DNA from: the human T2T-CHM13v2.0 reference genome, Homo sapiens
Direction: 5' to 3' (one strand)
Assembly (NCBI RefSeq): GCF_009914755.1
Contig: NC_060947.1
DNA: 64,000 nucleotides
Shown: positions 14,199-28,562 of the stretch, piece by piece
Numbering within the stretch: the stretch's first letter is position 1
Layout: every line of letters begins with the position of its first letter
Program-made: the position numbers and the translations under genes
Notes under the pieces: generated by a model
What the model was told of the DNA's origin: nothing
What the model saw: the letters and a program-made list of their open reading frames with translations, nothing else
Database searches by the model: none

Positions 14199-15419
14199 TT
14201 ACATTGGCCTCTAAGCCCTCCCTTATCTGGCTTCTGGCTACCTCTCTACCTTGTTTCTTACAGTCCGTTGCCCCACTCATTTTGCTGTGGGTTGATTCTT
14301 GAACAACCCAAACTGTTTTCTGCCTCAATGGCCTTTGTCCTTGCTATTTCGTCTGCCTACCACACTCTTCTCCTAGACAACCACGTCGCTTATCATTCAT
14401 TTCTTTCAGCCACCTTCTCAGATGTCATCTCTTCAGAGGTGACACTAGCCTGTTTAAGATACCTGCCATCCCAATCCTGCCCTGGGAACTCTTCATCCTC
14501 TCACGTTGTTTTATTTTTCTCCATAGCACTCTAGATTAGATATTTATTCATGTGTCAGTTGTCTGCCTCAGACCCCTGAAGGATAAGCTCCAAGAGGGCT
14601 AGAATTTCGTTGCTCAACACCATATTACCAGCACCAAGAGAAGTGTCAGGAACCTAGCATGTGCTCACTAAACATTTGCCAAATGAATGAATAATACGCC
14701 AGGACTCTCTTTAAAACTCTTACCTCACAGAATGAGGTCCCTTCACCACATCAACTGAGGTCCATCAGACCTCAGAAGAAGGCAGCAGTGCCAGGCACTG
14801 CCATCTTGATATGACACCCAAGTGGTTTGCTCTCTTTTATTGAATTCTTTCAAGTTTATGTGGTAACATCCAACATGGGTTTACTCCAGTGATTTAGAAA
14901 TTAGGTTGATTTAGTGTAATCATAGCACTCTGCTGTTTGGATGATTTTTAAACACTAATGTGACTCTTCATGCTCACTGCTAGACAGCAATTATGGCATT
15001 TCAGAATGATTTTCACAGACCACAGTGTTATGCCCAGCCTCCTCTTCACGTGGAAAGCTACAGGGAACCTTCTCTCAAGTGAGGTCTGCTGCCAGCTGCA
15101 GACTTTCTCTTGAACTTTAATGGGCATGATGGTGACCTCTACAGACCCCTAGGAGAGGAGGACTTCTACCAATAAATCCAGGCTGGGAAGGGCTGGCTCA
15201 AGACAAATGTGGGAAATAAGAGGCCTCCCTTTTCTGTGCCTTTACCCAGCCTCAGTACCCAGTGCTCTCCCTGGGAACTTTTACTCATAGGAAGGAAAAT
15301 CTGTAACAAACCTCAGCCTGAATATAGTTTCGCAGATTCATCCTCAAAAACACATTTGCATTTCCGAAGAGAAGTGTCCTTGAAGAATCGTGAAGCATTA
15401 CAATAGTAGCTCAAACTCT

Positions 15420-15600
15420 TTAGCACTTACTGTGGACCAGTCTCTGTGCTAAGAATTTAACATTTCATATCAGGAATGCACTTCCTCCTTACCGTCTTGC
15501 TGTGAGGTAGTTACTATCATTTCCTCCATTTTACAGGTGAGGAAAGCAAGACTCAAGAAATAAGTTACCCATGGTCATGCAGCTGGCTAGTGGTTGCTGG
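15420..15600 (-). mobile_element. MIR SINE
   Basis: ccattttacaggtgaggaaagcaagactcaagaaataagttacccatggtca. Confidence 0.7.
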
Positions 15601-18469
15601 GCTGTTCAGGGAAGGTTTCATGAGAGAGGTCTAGTGAATTAATGTCCTTGCTCAGAGTAATATTCAACAAATATTTGTTTCATTATGTTTTATAATAAGG
15701 AGTTTAGACTTTATTTTATAGACAATAGAGAGTTACTAAAGGCTTTATTTTTCTTTCAGAAAGTCAGATACAGTTCCATGAGGGCTGGAACCACATTATT
15801 TTCATATTTGTACCCAAGTGTACAGCACAGCATCTGGCACCTAGTAAATGCCCAGTAAATGTTGCATCAACAACAGAATTCATCACTGCATATGTTTGCA
15901 TAAACTATGCCAAATAAAATTCCTGGAAATACAATTACATACAATATATTCCTAACACAACGTGGTTAAGGCCATAACACAGACATAATGGTCTTGCCTA
16001 CAACCACTGTAGTAAAAATTCCACTATAACAATTGCAATTCTTAGGAAAATGGCTTGGGTATACTTAAAATCAGGATAATTGTTCATTTTGAGCACTAAA
16101 GCATGAGTTCTGATGACCCCACTTGGCTTTTATCCTCTCACATCTTTTATTATTTAAGGCTTTTAGTGACATGATCAAGCCTGTGTTTTTAGAAAGCTCT
16201 CTCATGGTGGATGTAGAGGACTGATTACAGCGGGAGGAAACAGGAGGCTGGGGGCCAGTGGAGAAGCTGCTCTATGCAGGGGGTGGAACAGGGGGCGGGG
16301 TCGGAGAGATGTGGTGGTGTGTGGTGAGGGCCAGGACAAGGAAACTGCTGAGAATGGAAAGGAGGGAAGAGATTAGAAAAAGACTGAGGAAGTTGAATTT
16401 AGTAAGAGTTACCAAGAAGTATTGACAAATGATGGAATGCATTTTAAAAGGGTTAGGAAATTGCCAGGGATACCTCTGAGGATTTGTGTGGGAATGTGGA
16501 TAGAAATAGGGAAATCAGGAGCCAAGCCGTTTTTCAGGGGGTCAAATATAAATAATGACTTTGGTTTAGAGCACTTTAAGTTCATTGTGCCAGAGGATAT
16601 CCAGAGGGAGACGTCTAGCAGACATTTAGAAATTGTAATCCCTTAACAATTCATTCTCCTTTTTCTCCCCTTAGCTTGCAAAGACTAATCACCATTTGAA
16701 AAAATCAGGTTCTACAAATTACAGAGTGTCCAATATTTAGATGTCCTACAGGCACCTGTATTACAAGGGCTGGTGCTATAGAAAGCAGTATTTTAAGGCT
16801 AGGTTTTTTGTTGTTGTCTTGTTTTGATAGGGGGGCAAATGTGAAGATGGTGTTGCAGGGCAGATTTGGAGAGAGAGTGAGCTGCTTCGCCCATTTAGGA
16901 AGCCGTGTGTGCTTGCACCTCTCCTCACTCTCAGAGGCAGGCTAGTGAGTGGTGATTTTCAAGAATGATAAGGCACTTAAATACTTAAGTACTTGGTAAG
17001 TAAGATTCTATATGAGCAATCAGTTGAAGAAGCAAATAAGATTCCGAGGGGAGCATTAATCATCTCTGTGTCTAATGGGTCTTCCCTAAGGCCACATCTA
17101 CACAAGTGTGGAATTTTAAATAGGCTTTATTTCTGTAGATTTACAAAAGGACAAGAAGACAAGAATATATTTTGTTTTTAAAAAATAGGTATTTTCTGGT
17201 AACTCTTTTTACATGAAAATGAACTTCAGAGCAAAGGTCCTTGTACTCTTGTCCTTAAAGCTGAACAAGTTTTCAACTTGACAAATTTGCTAAAGCATCT
17301 GGGGAGCTCTGTGAAGTTGGAAGGCTTCAAAACCTAACCAAAAAGGGTCTTGCAGTTCAGATGCTTCTTCCTGAAAGCATTTGTCTGTCAACCACACTTT
17401 GCTTACCAAAGTAGACTTAGCCCAGCATATCACATCTTCGTGATTGAATAAATTATAAAGCCTGATTTTTTTTCCTTAGGATTTGGAGCTATTTCACTTT
17501 CTTTGATATAGGGACTGAAAACATATTGGCAGATGTTAAGAGTTACCTTTGTTTCATCTGCTGAAATGCAGCTTACTTCAAAAATTTGGAGGCTGTAATA
17601 TAGTCAGGCCTCTCTGACGAGAAATCCACCAGGGAGACTGTTTCCTCCTTTCCCCTGAATGACAGAAACATGGAGAATTGTTAATAAAAGTTGGCAGCAT
17701 TGAAATTCTGAAAATGACTTGAAAGGAGAATTTGCATGGGACACCACCACCCAAACTCACTCCAGGTGTGACTACTTTCCCTGGCTCCCTGACCGGAAGG
17801 GGAGGGCGTATGGGGATCTGCTGTGATTCTGAAGAGAAATATTGAAAAGGAGGTGTGACTGCCTCCTTAGAGGTTATCTTTTGGTCTGGGGAGGAATATT
17901 GATTGCTATATTTTGTCCCAATATCTAAATTTGAAGTTTAAGCAAGATTTACATGATCTCAACCACATTCCTAGGACTCAGTGAAGCATAAAGCCTATGA
18001 GGGGCAAGGCAGCCAAGTTTTGATCACCATGACCTTCTATTTCTTCCTCTGCTATATGGCTAGTGAGGGTATTGGGCAAATTTCTTCAAACCATCTTTCT
18101 GTGAGAATATGTTTCTGATATAATTTTGTCTTCTGATGCGCTTTTGCATTTTGCAAGGAAAACCCACTGCAGGCAAATTCATCTAAAAGGTTTTATTAGA
18201 ATGTGAATCGTATCTGGGGAGCCCTAGGAAGCATTTATCTAAGCTGTGCCCTAAACTCACTTTCAAAAGCCTGGGAACATTCAAATAATACTGAGAAAAC
18301 AGATATTTTTCATGGGCACCATAACCCTTGGAATACTAAAACAAAAAAAAATACCTACCAGTTTTAAATGTATGCCAAATCTGTGTCCAAATGAATAATC
18401 CATCCTACTTGAGAACAAATGATGATGATGATGGTAATGATGATTATGCTAATCATCATCATCATCATA

Positions 18470-18720
18470 ATAGCTGCCATCACTAAGCAATTACTATGTA
18501 CAAGGCACTATATTAAACTCTATGCATGCGTTTTTCTTATTTATCCTCATAACAATACTGAGGAGTAAGTATATAATTATCCCCGTTATAGAGATGAGAA
18601 AGTGAGGCTCAGAAAGATTTAAGTAATGCTCCCAAGATCCCACAACTAGTTAGTGGCAGAGTTGAGATTCAAAGCTAGGTCAATCTGATTCCAAGACCCA
18701 TGTAATTAACTACTACATTA
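18470..18720 (-). mobile_element. MIR SINE
   Basis: atcctcataacaa...gatgagaaagtgaggctcagaaagatttaagtaa...gagattcaaa. Confidence 0.8.
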
Positions 18721-19008
18721 TATTTCCTATATAGTACAGATAGAAATGCCCATAAAATCGAGACAATATTCTCAGATGACTTTAACAAACCCTGAGTAGC
18801 TATTATGTGCCAGGAATCTGAGTAGGTTATGTGAAAACAACATATATGACTCTCTACTACTTTCCTTAATCTCAATTGATTAAAAAAACCCACAAATGCT
18901 ATCTTTGTTTTTATGTAAATGAACCATCAAGTTTGTAAACACAATCTTTTTTGCCTAAAATTACAGAATGTCATAAAATATCAGGAGTGCCCGTCATATT
19001 ATGTAGAC

Positions 19009-19190
19009 CAGTGCTTCTCAAGGTTGAAGTGCACCAGAGTCTCCTGGAGGGCTTGTTAAAATGCTGCTGAGCTCCACCCCTAAAGTTTCTGATTCAGTAG
19101 AAGTGGGGTGGGCCCAAGAATTGACATTTCCAACAAGGTACCAGTGATGCTGATGCTGCTGGTCGGGGAAGATAAGATTGAGAGCCACTG
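19009..19190. mobile_element. MER5A DNA transposon (hAT-Charlie MITE)
   Basis: Terminal inverted repeats cagtgcttctcaa / ttgagagccactg; internal ttctgattcagtag...gatgctgatgctgctggtc. Confidence 0.88.
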
Positions 19191-19584
19191 ATCTAGTGAT
19201 GTGAAAGCTAAGGTGAAAAATACATCTATGAAAGGCAGCTAGCCAATGGCCTTATATTGGGGTCTAGCCCAGGCTCTTTTGCTCTTTTGTTAACCAGCAG
19301 TGGGATCCTTGGGAAGTAACTTCTTATGGGCTTGGCTATTTTTTCTTCAGTAAAATAAGGGAATTGGATTAGATGAACACTTAAGTTTTTGTTTGTTTGT
19401 TTTGTTTTTTGTTTTTTTAGTTCCAGCATTCTATGAGGAAGGATGAAGGATACCAGATAAATAAAGCCCATTGAAATTAAAACACATGCTCTTTAGGGTC
19501 TAGAAACTTTAATCTATTCATAGTGACACCAAGTATCATACAGATACATATCACATGGCTAGCTTGAATATAAAATTTATTATT

Positions 19585-19700
19585 TTCATTCATTCAACAT
19601 ATTTATTGAGCACCTACTATAAGCTACGTGCTATTTTAGGTACTGGGATGCAGTGGTGAATGAAACGACACGAGTCTTACCTTCGTAGAGATGATAGGCC
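19585..19700 (-). mobile_element. L2 3' end
   Basis: cattcattcaacatatttattgagcacctactat. Confidence 0.75.
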
Positions 19701-21689
19701 ATACTAGCTAACTGCAGACATTTTAGATAAAAGTAAAAAATAAACATTATTAGAAGTTCCAGCATGTCATTTTCGTATCTAAATGGACCATGTTACATAC
19801 TCCTGATGTCATGATTCAACAACTAGCTACACAAATGTTAAGTATTTGTGTGATTGATGGTATCAAATATATATTTTAGGACAAATTCATGCTAAAAAAA
19901 TTATAAAGCTAAGAGCTACTTAAGACCATATCGGTTTACAAACAAAAGGAAGTAAACTGCAAATTCTATCCTATATTCTTTTCTTTTAGTTTCCTCCATT
20001 CATTTTTCCATATTTAATGTATTTTTATAAACTAGTTTTTTCTTTACAGATTTGTTTTTAAATTTACATATTCTAGCATCTATCCTATAATCTTTAATAA
20101 ACAAGCTCAGTTTAAAATCTAGCTTAAAATTTTTATGCTTAAAAGTATGGTGATATACTTTATCCAAAAGTAAATAAAAATGTTTTATTTTGTGTGTTTT
20201 TTTCTGTACACACACATGCACACATATATCCATGTGCACAGCAAGGGTAAAACGTATGTTTGCAGCATGATTTTATTAACAATACTATAGACTGGAAGAT
20301 GTGCTGGGGCAGTCATCAGGAAACCTGTGTTCAACACTGAACTCCACTACCAACAGTAACTTACAGTAAGTCATTGACACTTTAAGGGCCTTGGTGTCTC
20401 CATTTGAAAATAAAATTTTGAAAATAAGAAGATTGCATAAGGTATTTCATGATATCTTTCCCTTTCAGCCTGAGCAGTTTATTAAGCAGGTGCTAACAAC
20501 TAATAAGAGGAAAATACTATATTTCTGCTCCCTCTCTAAAAAATAACTATTTATTCTATTAAATTAAGTATATTATTTCAAGTGCTGAAATCTTACAATA
20601 TGATGTGTTGTATTTTTTTTTTTAATCTAATATTACTCCACTGTCTTGGAAAGCAAACGGGTCACATCAAACACTTCCTTTTAGATGGTAATTTCACAAG
20701 GGGATACATAAACACAGTGGGCCTAGCAAGCCTGCTACTAGAGACAGCCATGGGCTGGTTTAGCTGTAAGGTTCCCTCTCATTTGTGTGCTTACTGCCCA
20801 ACTGGTTATAATAAGAAAAGAACCGTGGTGGTGATTCTTCCTGAACTGGACTTTTCAGTTTCTGTGATTAGTATCTATGATTTTAGTCCAACTGTGTTGG
20901 TGTTAGAAACTTCAAAGCAAATTCAAAACCCCGTATTTAGGGGAATATATTTTAAAGGAATACTCACTACCAATTAGCCTAGGCGGTAATGAAAATCATC
21001 ATATATTTTCAATGATGAAAGATCCCAGTAGGAGGGCTCCTAATGGATGACAGGTGCCAGAGTGAGAGAAGTCCAGCCAGAGGAGGGCAAAGCTTGTTTC
21101 TCAGTCAGCTTAGGAGAGCACAGCACGAACTTTAAGCTGGACTCAGAACACGTACAGCATGCAACCCACAATTTCTTGTTGGATTTCATTCAGAACACTG
21201 CTGCTTAGACTCTAATCACCTGAAACCTAGGAAGACCAGACAGGTGACCATGAGTCGACTGTCTCTTCTGGTGTCTTGACTGCTGCTGACCACATAAAAC
21301 AAACCATGGCATAATCTAATCAATGAGGATTTAGGTTTTGAAGATTCCCATATATTTCCTTCAAAAAACTACCACACTCAATGCTGATAGGATATGCCTC
21401 CAACTAGAATGTGATTGCCACAAGGGCAGGAGTATGTGTTTTCTTCACGATGTGTCCCAGGCATTTAGAATGGCGCCTGTCTCATGAGGGTTGTTCAAGA
21501 AATAGTTATTGAATGAATAAAGCAATGCTATCATTGTAAGAATAATTTTTTTGTCTGGCTCTCTCTTTTTTTTCTATTTTTCTTCCATAACAGTTATTCC
21601 AAGATGTTCAACCACCTCATTTCTGTCTTTTGCGCCATTCCAATTTGCCCCACCAAAACCCCTTTTATTCAGTATTTTTATTGGTATTG

Positions 21690-22195
21690 TGCTTTATTAA
21701 ACTTATTAAAGAAGTGTAACATATATCAGAAAAGTGAAAAAATTGTGTCAGCTTGATGACATTTCAAAAACTAAACATACATACCAGTGTAACCAGCACC
21801 CAAATGAAGAAATACAATCTGAATAGCACCTAGAAGACTCCCTCAGTCACTACCTCCTCCTCCCAAGGGTAATCATTAACCTGACTTTGAACACCATAGA
21901 TTGGTTTAGCCTGTGTTTATATTTTATGTAAATGAAATAATACAGCATATCTTCATTGATTATGGCTTATTTTGCTTGACATTGTGTTTTTATAATTCAT
22001 GCCTATTGTTGGGTGTAGTTGTGCTTCGTTCATACCCATCGCTGTATAATACTTGAATATACTGCAATTTATTTATTCATTTTACTGTTAATAGGCATTT
22101 GGGTTGCTTCCAGTTTGGGGAAATTACGAACAAGGCTGCTATACATATGTTTGCAACTGTCTTTTGGTATACTTATGCATGCATTTTTGGGGGGT
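21690..22195 (-). mobile_element. Old L1M (L1ME-like) 3' region
   Basis: catttgggttgcttccagtttgggg; translated KLEATQMP remnant; tgtaaccagcaccca. Confidence 0.7.
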
Positions 22196-23544
22196 AAAAA
22201 TTTTGCCCCATTTTTAGTGGTGTGCATCTGACTTATTCCTCTTCTGCATTTCTTTTCCATTAGGTTTTTTGCCATGTTAGGGAGGATTAGCCTCACCAGT
22301 TTCCATAAAATCAGCCCTTTTAATGGGAGTTGAAGACTCTGCAATTAAATCAGACTGAAAAGGCCTGGCTATTTCCTGTTATATGGCTGATATTCCCACC
22401 ATTAACATCAATTCCTAAGATTTTTCTGGGAATCATGTACTTTGGATGTCATGTACATTTTATTGGTTAAAGCATTGGTTTATCTAGGTGGTAGTACATG
22501 AGCTAATCTTAATTGACTCATTACCACTGATTGAACTCTAGCTGAAAGTGGGATCTTGAAAAATGGGGACACTGAACAGGAAACTTTTGAATAGAGTTTC
22601 CAGGCAAGAGGTTGATGGGTGGTTTGTAGAACCAGTGCAACCTGGAGAGCTAGGAGACAGCTTAGCTCTGTCTCTTGGAAGGGCAAGAGAGAGAACTGCT
22701 TCAAGATGAGAATGAAAGTGCCATTATGTGAAGTGGAGGGAGCTAGAGATCCAGTAACTTTATTGATTTTGCAGCCTTGCCCAGGGCTTATGCTCATTCC
22801 AAGGTGCAATCTGTCCACAGTGACCTATCTGATGAGGTCATACAGAGGTCAAATTAAAAAATTTTTTGAAAGTACCTCTGCACACAGCAGGAAAGAAAAT
22901 CAGGAGCAAATGAGTGATTTTGTAGTAGTATAGGCAGACCCTTTACATGCTAATGGTCTAGCAACCTAGCAGTACTAAAGTTTAGTACTTAAGTATACAA
23001 CCTGATGCCCGGACTATATTTACATGGTCTTGTTTTCTGTTTAGAAAGAGCATTTTTACTGCCACGACTGTCAGTCAGCTTTGAGTACAAACCCACCAGG
23101 TAGCAATCATGGGAGCTTAGGTCAAAGAGGGTAGAAATGGTCAAACCAGCTGACTCTGAACGTTTTTAGAGACAAACAAGGTTGAGGTGATGGATGAATT
23201 CTGTCAAGGCTGAAATTGAGCAGTTTGAGTCTCTTAAATGGCATCCACTGAAATGCTGATACAATCATTTGAAAAGTCGGCAGGATTTACTTATTTTTAT
23301 AAATGTATGTGATTTTATTTGAGGTTTAGTAAAAAGCACTATTTTTTTCTAGCAGATCCCCTTTAGCTGATATCCTGCCTTAGGCAGTGTTTGGGCTAAT
23401 AATGACATTTCCGACAGAGAAATATGGTCATGAACCATGCTTACTTTTATTATACAGCTTTATCCTTTCAGGTATTTCATGTCAAGCCACATATTCTATT
23501 GGTTTGCCAACCTTTGTCACGTCATGTACTATAGCACCTAGTTT

Positions 23545-23910
23545 GGATTCACTTATTCATATGAGTGTATATTGAGCATCAGTGAGCTAGGCAGTGCTAG
23601 GCACTGTTGGGGAAACTAAAAGTGTATAAAATCTGCTCTGTGCCCTCAAAGAGTTTACAGACTAGTAGGGGAGCTGAGGCAGGATTATGATTCTAATATA
23701 AGGGGGAATGGGAGAAGTGCCAACGGGGAAGTACAAAGGGCAATGGTGTTCAAAGGAGAGTGCGATCATTTCCAGATGGAAAGATCAAAGAAGGCTTCAT
23801 GCAAGAAGTGGTATTTGTGCTGAGCCTTAAAGGGTAAGATTTCTGCTGAAGGAGATGAGTGAAAGGAAAGGGAAGCATTGTAGGTTTAGGGCTAGTGAGA
23901 GTTGAAGTGC
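23545..23910 (-). mobile_element. L2 fragment
   Basis: tattgagcatc...gtgctaggcactg...tgccctcaaagagtttacagactag...gaaggcttc. Confidence 0.65.
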
Positions 23911-24095
23911 AGGAGTGGGTAATGTGGCTAAACTGGGCAAATATCTATCCCTGAAAGGACTGGAGGCCTTGCAGAAGATTCTGCTAACATTTGTTAAGCA
24001 ATCCTTATTACAGCCCAGGGCTGTAGAAATACTAGCACACACCAGAAAACCATTACTGTTGACCAGAAGCTTTGATAGCTTCTGAGAAACATCCA

Positions 24096-24402
<307 letters not shown>

Positions 24403-24543
24403 AAGACACATCCAAACATGTATCATTCATTCATTATCCATTAATTTATTCTTTAAACAGTACTAAGTTTCTACTTTGCTCAATGCCCTGGGCCAAGTAC
24501 CGAAGGGAGAGCGGTCATTACAGTGCTAAAATACATGATTCTG

Positions 24544-25035
<492 letters not shown>

Positions 25036-25188
25036 CTACCACTTATGAGCTCCACTTCTGTGCTAAGCATTTTATATTTATGACCTTTAAATTTCCCATC
25101 AGCCCTACCAAGTAAGGATTCCCACTCCACAGTTCTGCCTCAGTTTTTGGGGGGTAAGTACTGTTGGGGTAGGCAATATTATGCTAAA

Positions 25189-25194
25189 GTGCGC

Positions 25195-25228
<34 letters not shown>

Positions 25229-25240
25229 ATGTGTGTGTGT
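25189..25240. repeat. (TG)n/(CG)n microsatellite
   Basis: Alternating purine-pyrimidine tract read directly. Confidence 0.9.
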
Positions 25241-25539
25241 TGGGGGGCAGTGCTGGTGAGCAATGGGACAGGGTGAAGCTTGCTTAGCAGTATAGGACAC
25301 GTTTTTCTTACTGCCTGGAGCCCAGGGAAGTCAGGGAGTGCCCCTTCATCTGCTGTATCAGTGACATTTAGGACCACATCCCAGAATAAACACATCCTTA
25401 TGAAACTGTCAAAAAGCCACGTTGTATGAGGTAGATTTGATTGTGGTGGACTCCATGCCCCAATAATGCATTTGATATGATTATTGAGGCAAATTCCATG
25501 CCCCAAACCCTTTACATGAGTACTGATTCTGCAGACAGA

Positions 25540-25695
25540 CTATACTAGGTACTTTTATATGCGTGACTTTAATCCTCATGAGAGTCTTGGAAGATAGTAT
25601 TATCATTTTTCAGATAAAATTGAGTCTCAGAGAGGTTGGGAAATTTCCCTAAGAGTACGCAGTCAATATGAAACAGAACCAGAACCTGTAATCCA
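25540..25695 (-). mobile_element. MIR SINE
   Basis: ttaatcctcatg...cagataaaattgagtctcagagaggtt. Confidence 0.7.
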
Positions 25696-25860
25696 TATTT
25701 TGTCCATATTTATTCTTTGTGATTCTATGAATGAGGGTGCCATATTTGAACCCACTATAGGGACATCTAAGCATCTGAACATTTGACATCCAGTTAGCCA
25801 CAGAAACCTAATCTGAAAGCCAAGAAAGTAACAACTATTTCCTTTATGAGCTGCCTGTTT

Positions 25861-26003
25861 GAAATGAGAGAGAGAGAGAGAGAGAGAAGAGAAGAGATGA
25901 GACGAGAAGAAAGGAAGGAAGAGAGAGAGGGAGAGAGACTGACAGGGAAAGGAGAGGGGCAGAGGAAGGGAAGAGAGAGACAGGGAGAGGTATCAAGAAA
26001 GAG
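25861..26003. repeat. GA-rich polypurine tract
   Basis: (GA)n and GGAA/GGAG units, nearly all purine on the + strand. Confidence 0.9.
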
Positions 26004-27499
26004 ATCCTGCAAAACGTTCTTCATAGATTAGGCTGAAGTTGGGCATCAGGCTGAGGGGGCACAGTCAAGGCTGTGATAGGAAGATTCAGGTTTGTTGACC
26101 CAGAGGTTGGCTTTTATCTTACTTCCTTTTGATCCTCACTTCAGAAACATCTTGCTTTTGCCTTCAGTCTCCATTCAGCGTGGGGTAAGGTGACTCTCCA
26201 TGGAGATTTACATTTTGGTCACCAGTCATCTTTTCTGTGCCCTCCTAACTATGATAGCTTTGAGCAACTCTGAACCTCAGGTTGCTCATCTTTCAAACAA
26301 GGATGATATCAATAATAATTGTAATGATAGCAACGACAACAATAATAAATATCTGTTTCATAGGGTTGTGGTTATGAGACTTAGAGTTTGCAAACGTCAG
26401 TTTTGTTACTACTTCTCCATTCCATGTAAACGCAGCCTTGCTGAAGGAATTCCACTGTCTAAGTATCAAATTAAGTATTCCACCTCAGAACCACACCCAT
26501 GAGAGTATCTATAAATTCTTTGTCCCCAGGTTCAGGAGATGTTATCAGCTGCTCTGTTCCTGTTACAAGTTAGCTAACTCAGCTACTTCTCAAAGAGTGA
26601 AACATGCTTCTGATGTGTTGGTCTTTATTTTATTTTGTATCTTAAAACTTTTTCATCAAGGGAAAAACACAGAGGAAACAAGGCTGTTAAAAATTATTTC
26701 AGATGATTAATTAGTACCCATTTGTCCTCGGAAGGTCGGTAGTGATTTGCTTAAAGCTCATCTGTGATTTTTTTGTAAGACTTGACTTTGAAACAAAACA
26801 TCCATAACTTACTAGAATTCACATTTTCTCTCGCATCTCTACTCAAAATCTCTTGACTATCCTGTGTGAACTCCATTTATATTTTCCAAGGACTTATCAC
26901 TAAAGTGGTAAAGTTGTTAATATTCATACAACTTCCTTTGGAATATTCCAATTGTTTAAATTTATTTTGTTAGTATAGTTAGCTTACCAGAAAACAAATA
27001 AATTAGCATGGAATTATCTTTAAGGTAATTAAGTGTATCATTGGCTAAAACAGCAGCACCCAAAACAGTAAGGACTTACAAGAACAAATTAGTTTTTATT
27101 CAAATAACTGAGTATGCATAGCAAATGATCTTCAACATGACAAAAAAAAAATCTCAGACATAACTCCAAATTTCTCTAAGCTGGGGACAATGGTTTTGCC
27201 TGTTTTTAATAAAATATAGAGCTTGAAAAATCTCACTGAAAATATCAAAAGACTTCTTTTGACATCAAATACCTCTTAAGAAATAATACTTGGAGCATTT
27301 TAGTGTAAATGAATCGCAAGCATGTGGATTAAATTTCCCACAAAATATGCACAGCTCAAAAATTAAGTGAAAAATTAAGGGAAAGTATTTCAAAGAAATG
27401 TGTTATGTTAACTAAAATGGTGGTCTAATTAGTGAAATCCTTAAGACGTCCCACGCACAGTAAATTGTTTCGATTCCCGCAAACAGCTGTACACACTTC

Positions 27500-27650
27500 T
27501 GAATCAGACACACCCTTCCATTTACTAAGTTCATGAATTTGGACAAGTTATTTTACTTTCTCTGAGCTTAAATTTCCTCATCTGTGCAATGGAATTAGCA
27601 ATACTTAACTCATAATGTTGTGTGGATTCAATAAGAGTGGCTGACTTATG
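27500..27650 (+). mobile_element. MIR SINE
   Basis: ggacaagttattttactttctctgagcttaaatttcctcatctgt. Confidence 0.7.
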
Positions 27651-27664
27651 CATACCACTTACTT

Positions 27665-27915
27665 GATATGTATATATGCATATTTTTGAGTGTGTATGAA
27701 TGTGTTTAAATGTGTACGTATGTTTTAAGTATGAATGTACTTGTGCGTGTGAACATGCAGAAGTTTTATGAATGTGTGTCCAAGTGCATGAGAATGTGTA
27801 TATAAGTGTATGTGTATGTGAATGAGACTGTGTGGGTGGTGTGTGGATGTGTATGATTGTGCAAATGTGTATAAGCATCTGAGCATGCACATGTATGTGT
27901 ATGTATATCTATGTA
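27665..27915. repeat. Degenerate (TG/TA)n simple repeat
   Basis: Decayed alternating tract; produces the His/Thr-rich ORF 27531..27890. Confidence 0.75.
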
Positions 27916-28059
27916 CTCATGGGCTTGGTGCCTCTTTTTTCCATAGAAGCAATAGGTTATGGATTATAAATCAGAGTAACAAAATGTACAATGACGCTTA
28001 CCTGGGATGTTTCAGAAAGCTGACATGGAGTGAATTCATTTCTGAGAGTGTGATGATTT

Positions 28060-28360
<301 letters not shown>

Positions 28361-28562
28361 AGGGTGTGATGATTTCTAAAAATGAGGATGCCATAAGATG
28401 CTATGTACTGTGTATAAAATCATTTTATATATTTTAAATACGGGATTTTATAAACTCTAAATTAGAATAAAGGTTTGACAAAGAGCAGGATATGTATATC
28501 TGAATAAAAGTATAGTTACTTCTTACAATACATGTATGCTCTTATCTTTTAGGATGCTAAAG

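Noticed and set aside
16250-16330. G-rich tract with a GC box (possible G-quadruplex or promoter)
   Set aside because: Only three closely spaced G-runs, apparently within an L2 relic, and no CpG island.
16650-17480. Strong-looking splice acceptors (ttctccccttag near 16674; ttttttccttag near 17480)
   Set aside because: No convincing paired donor or coding frame; such motifs are common and cannot be supported without transcript data.
17626-17640. CTCF-like ccaccagggagactg
   Set aside because: Mismatches in the GGC core of the motif; too weak on its own.
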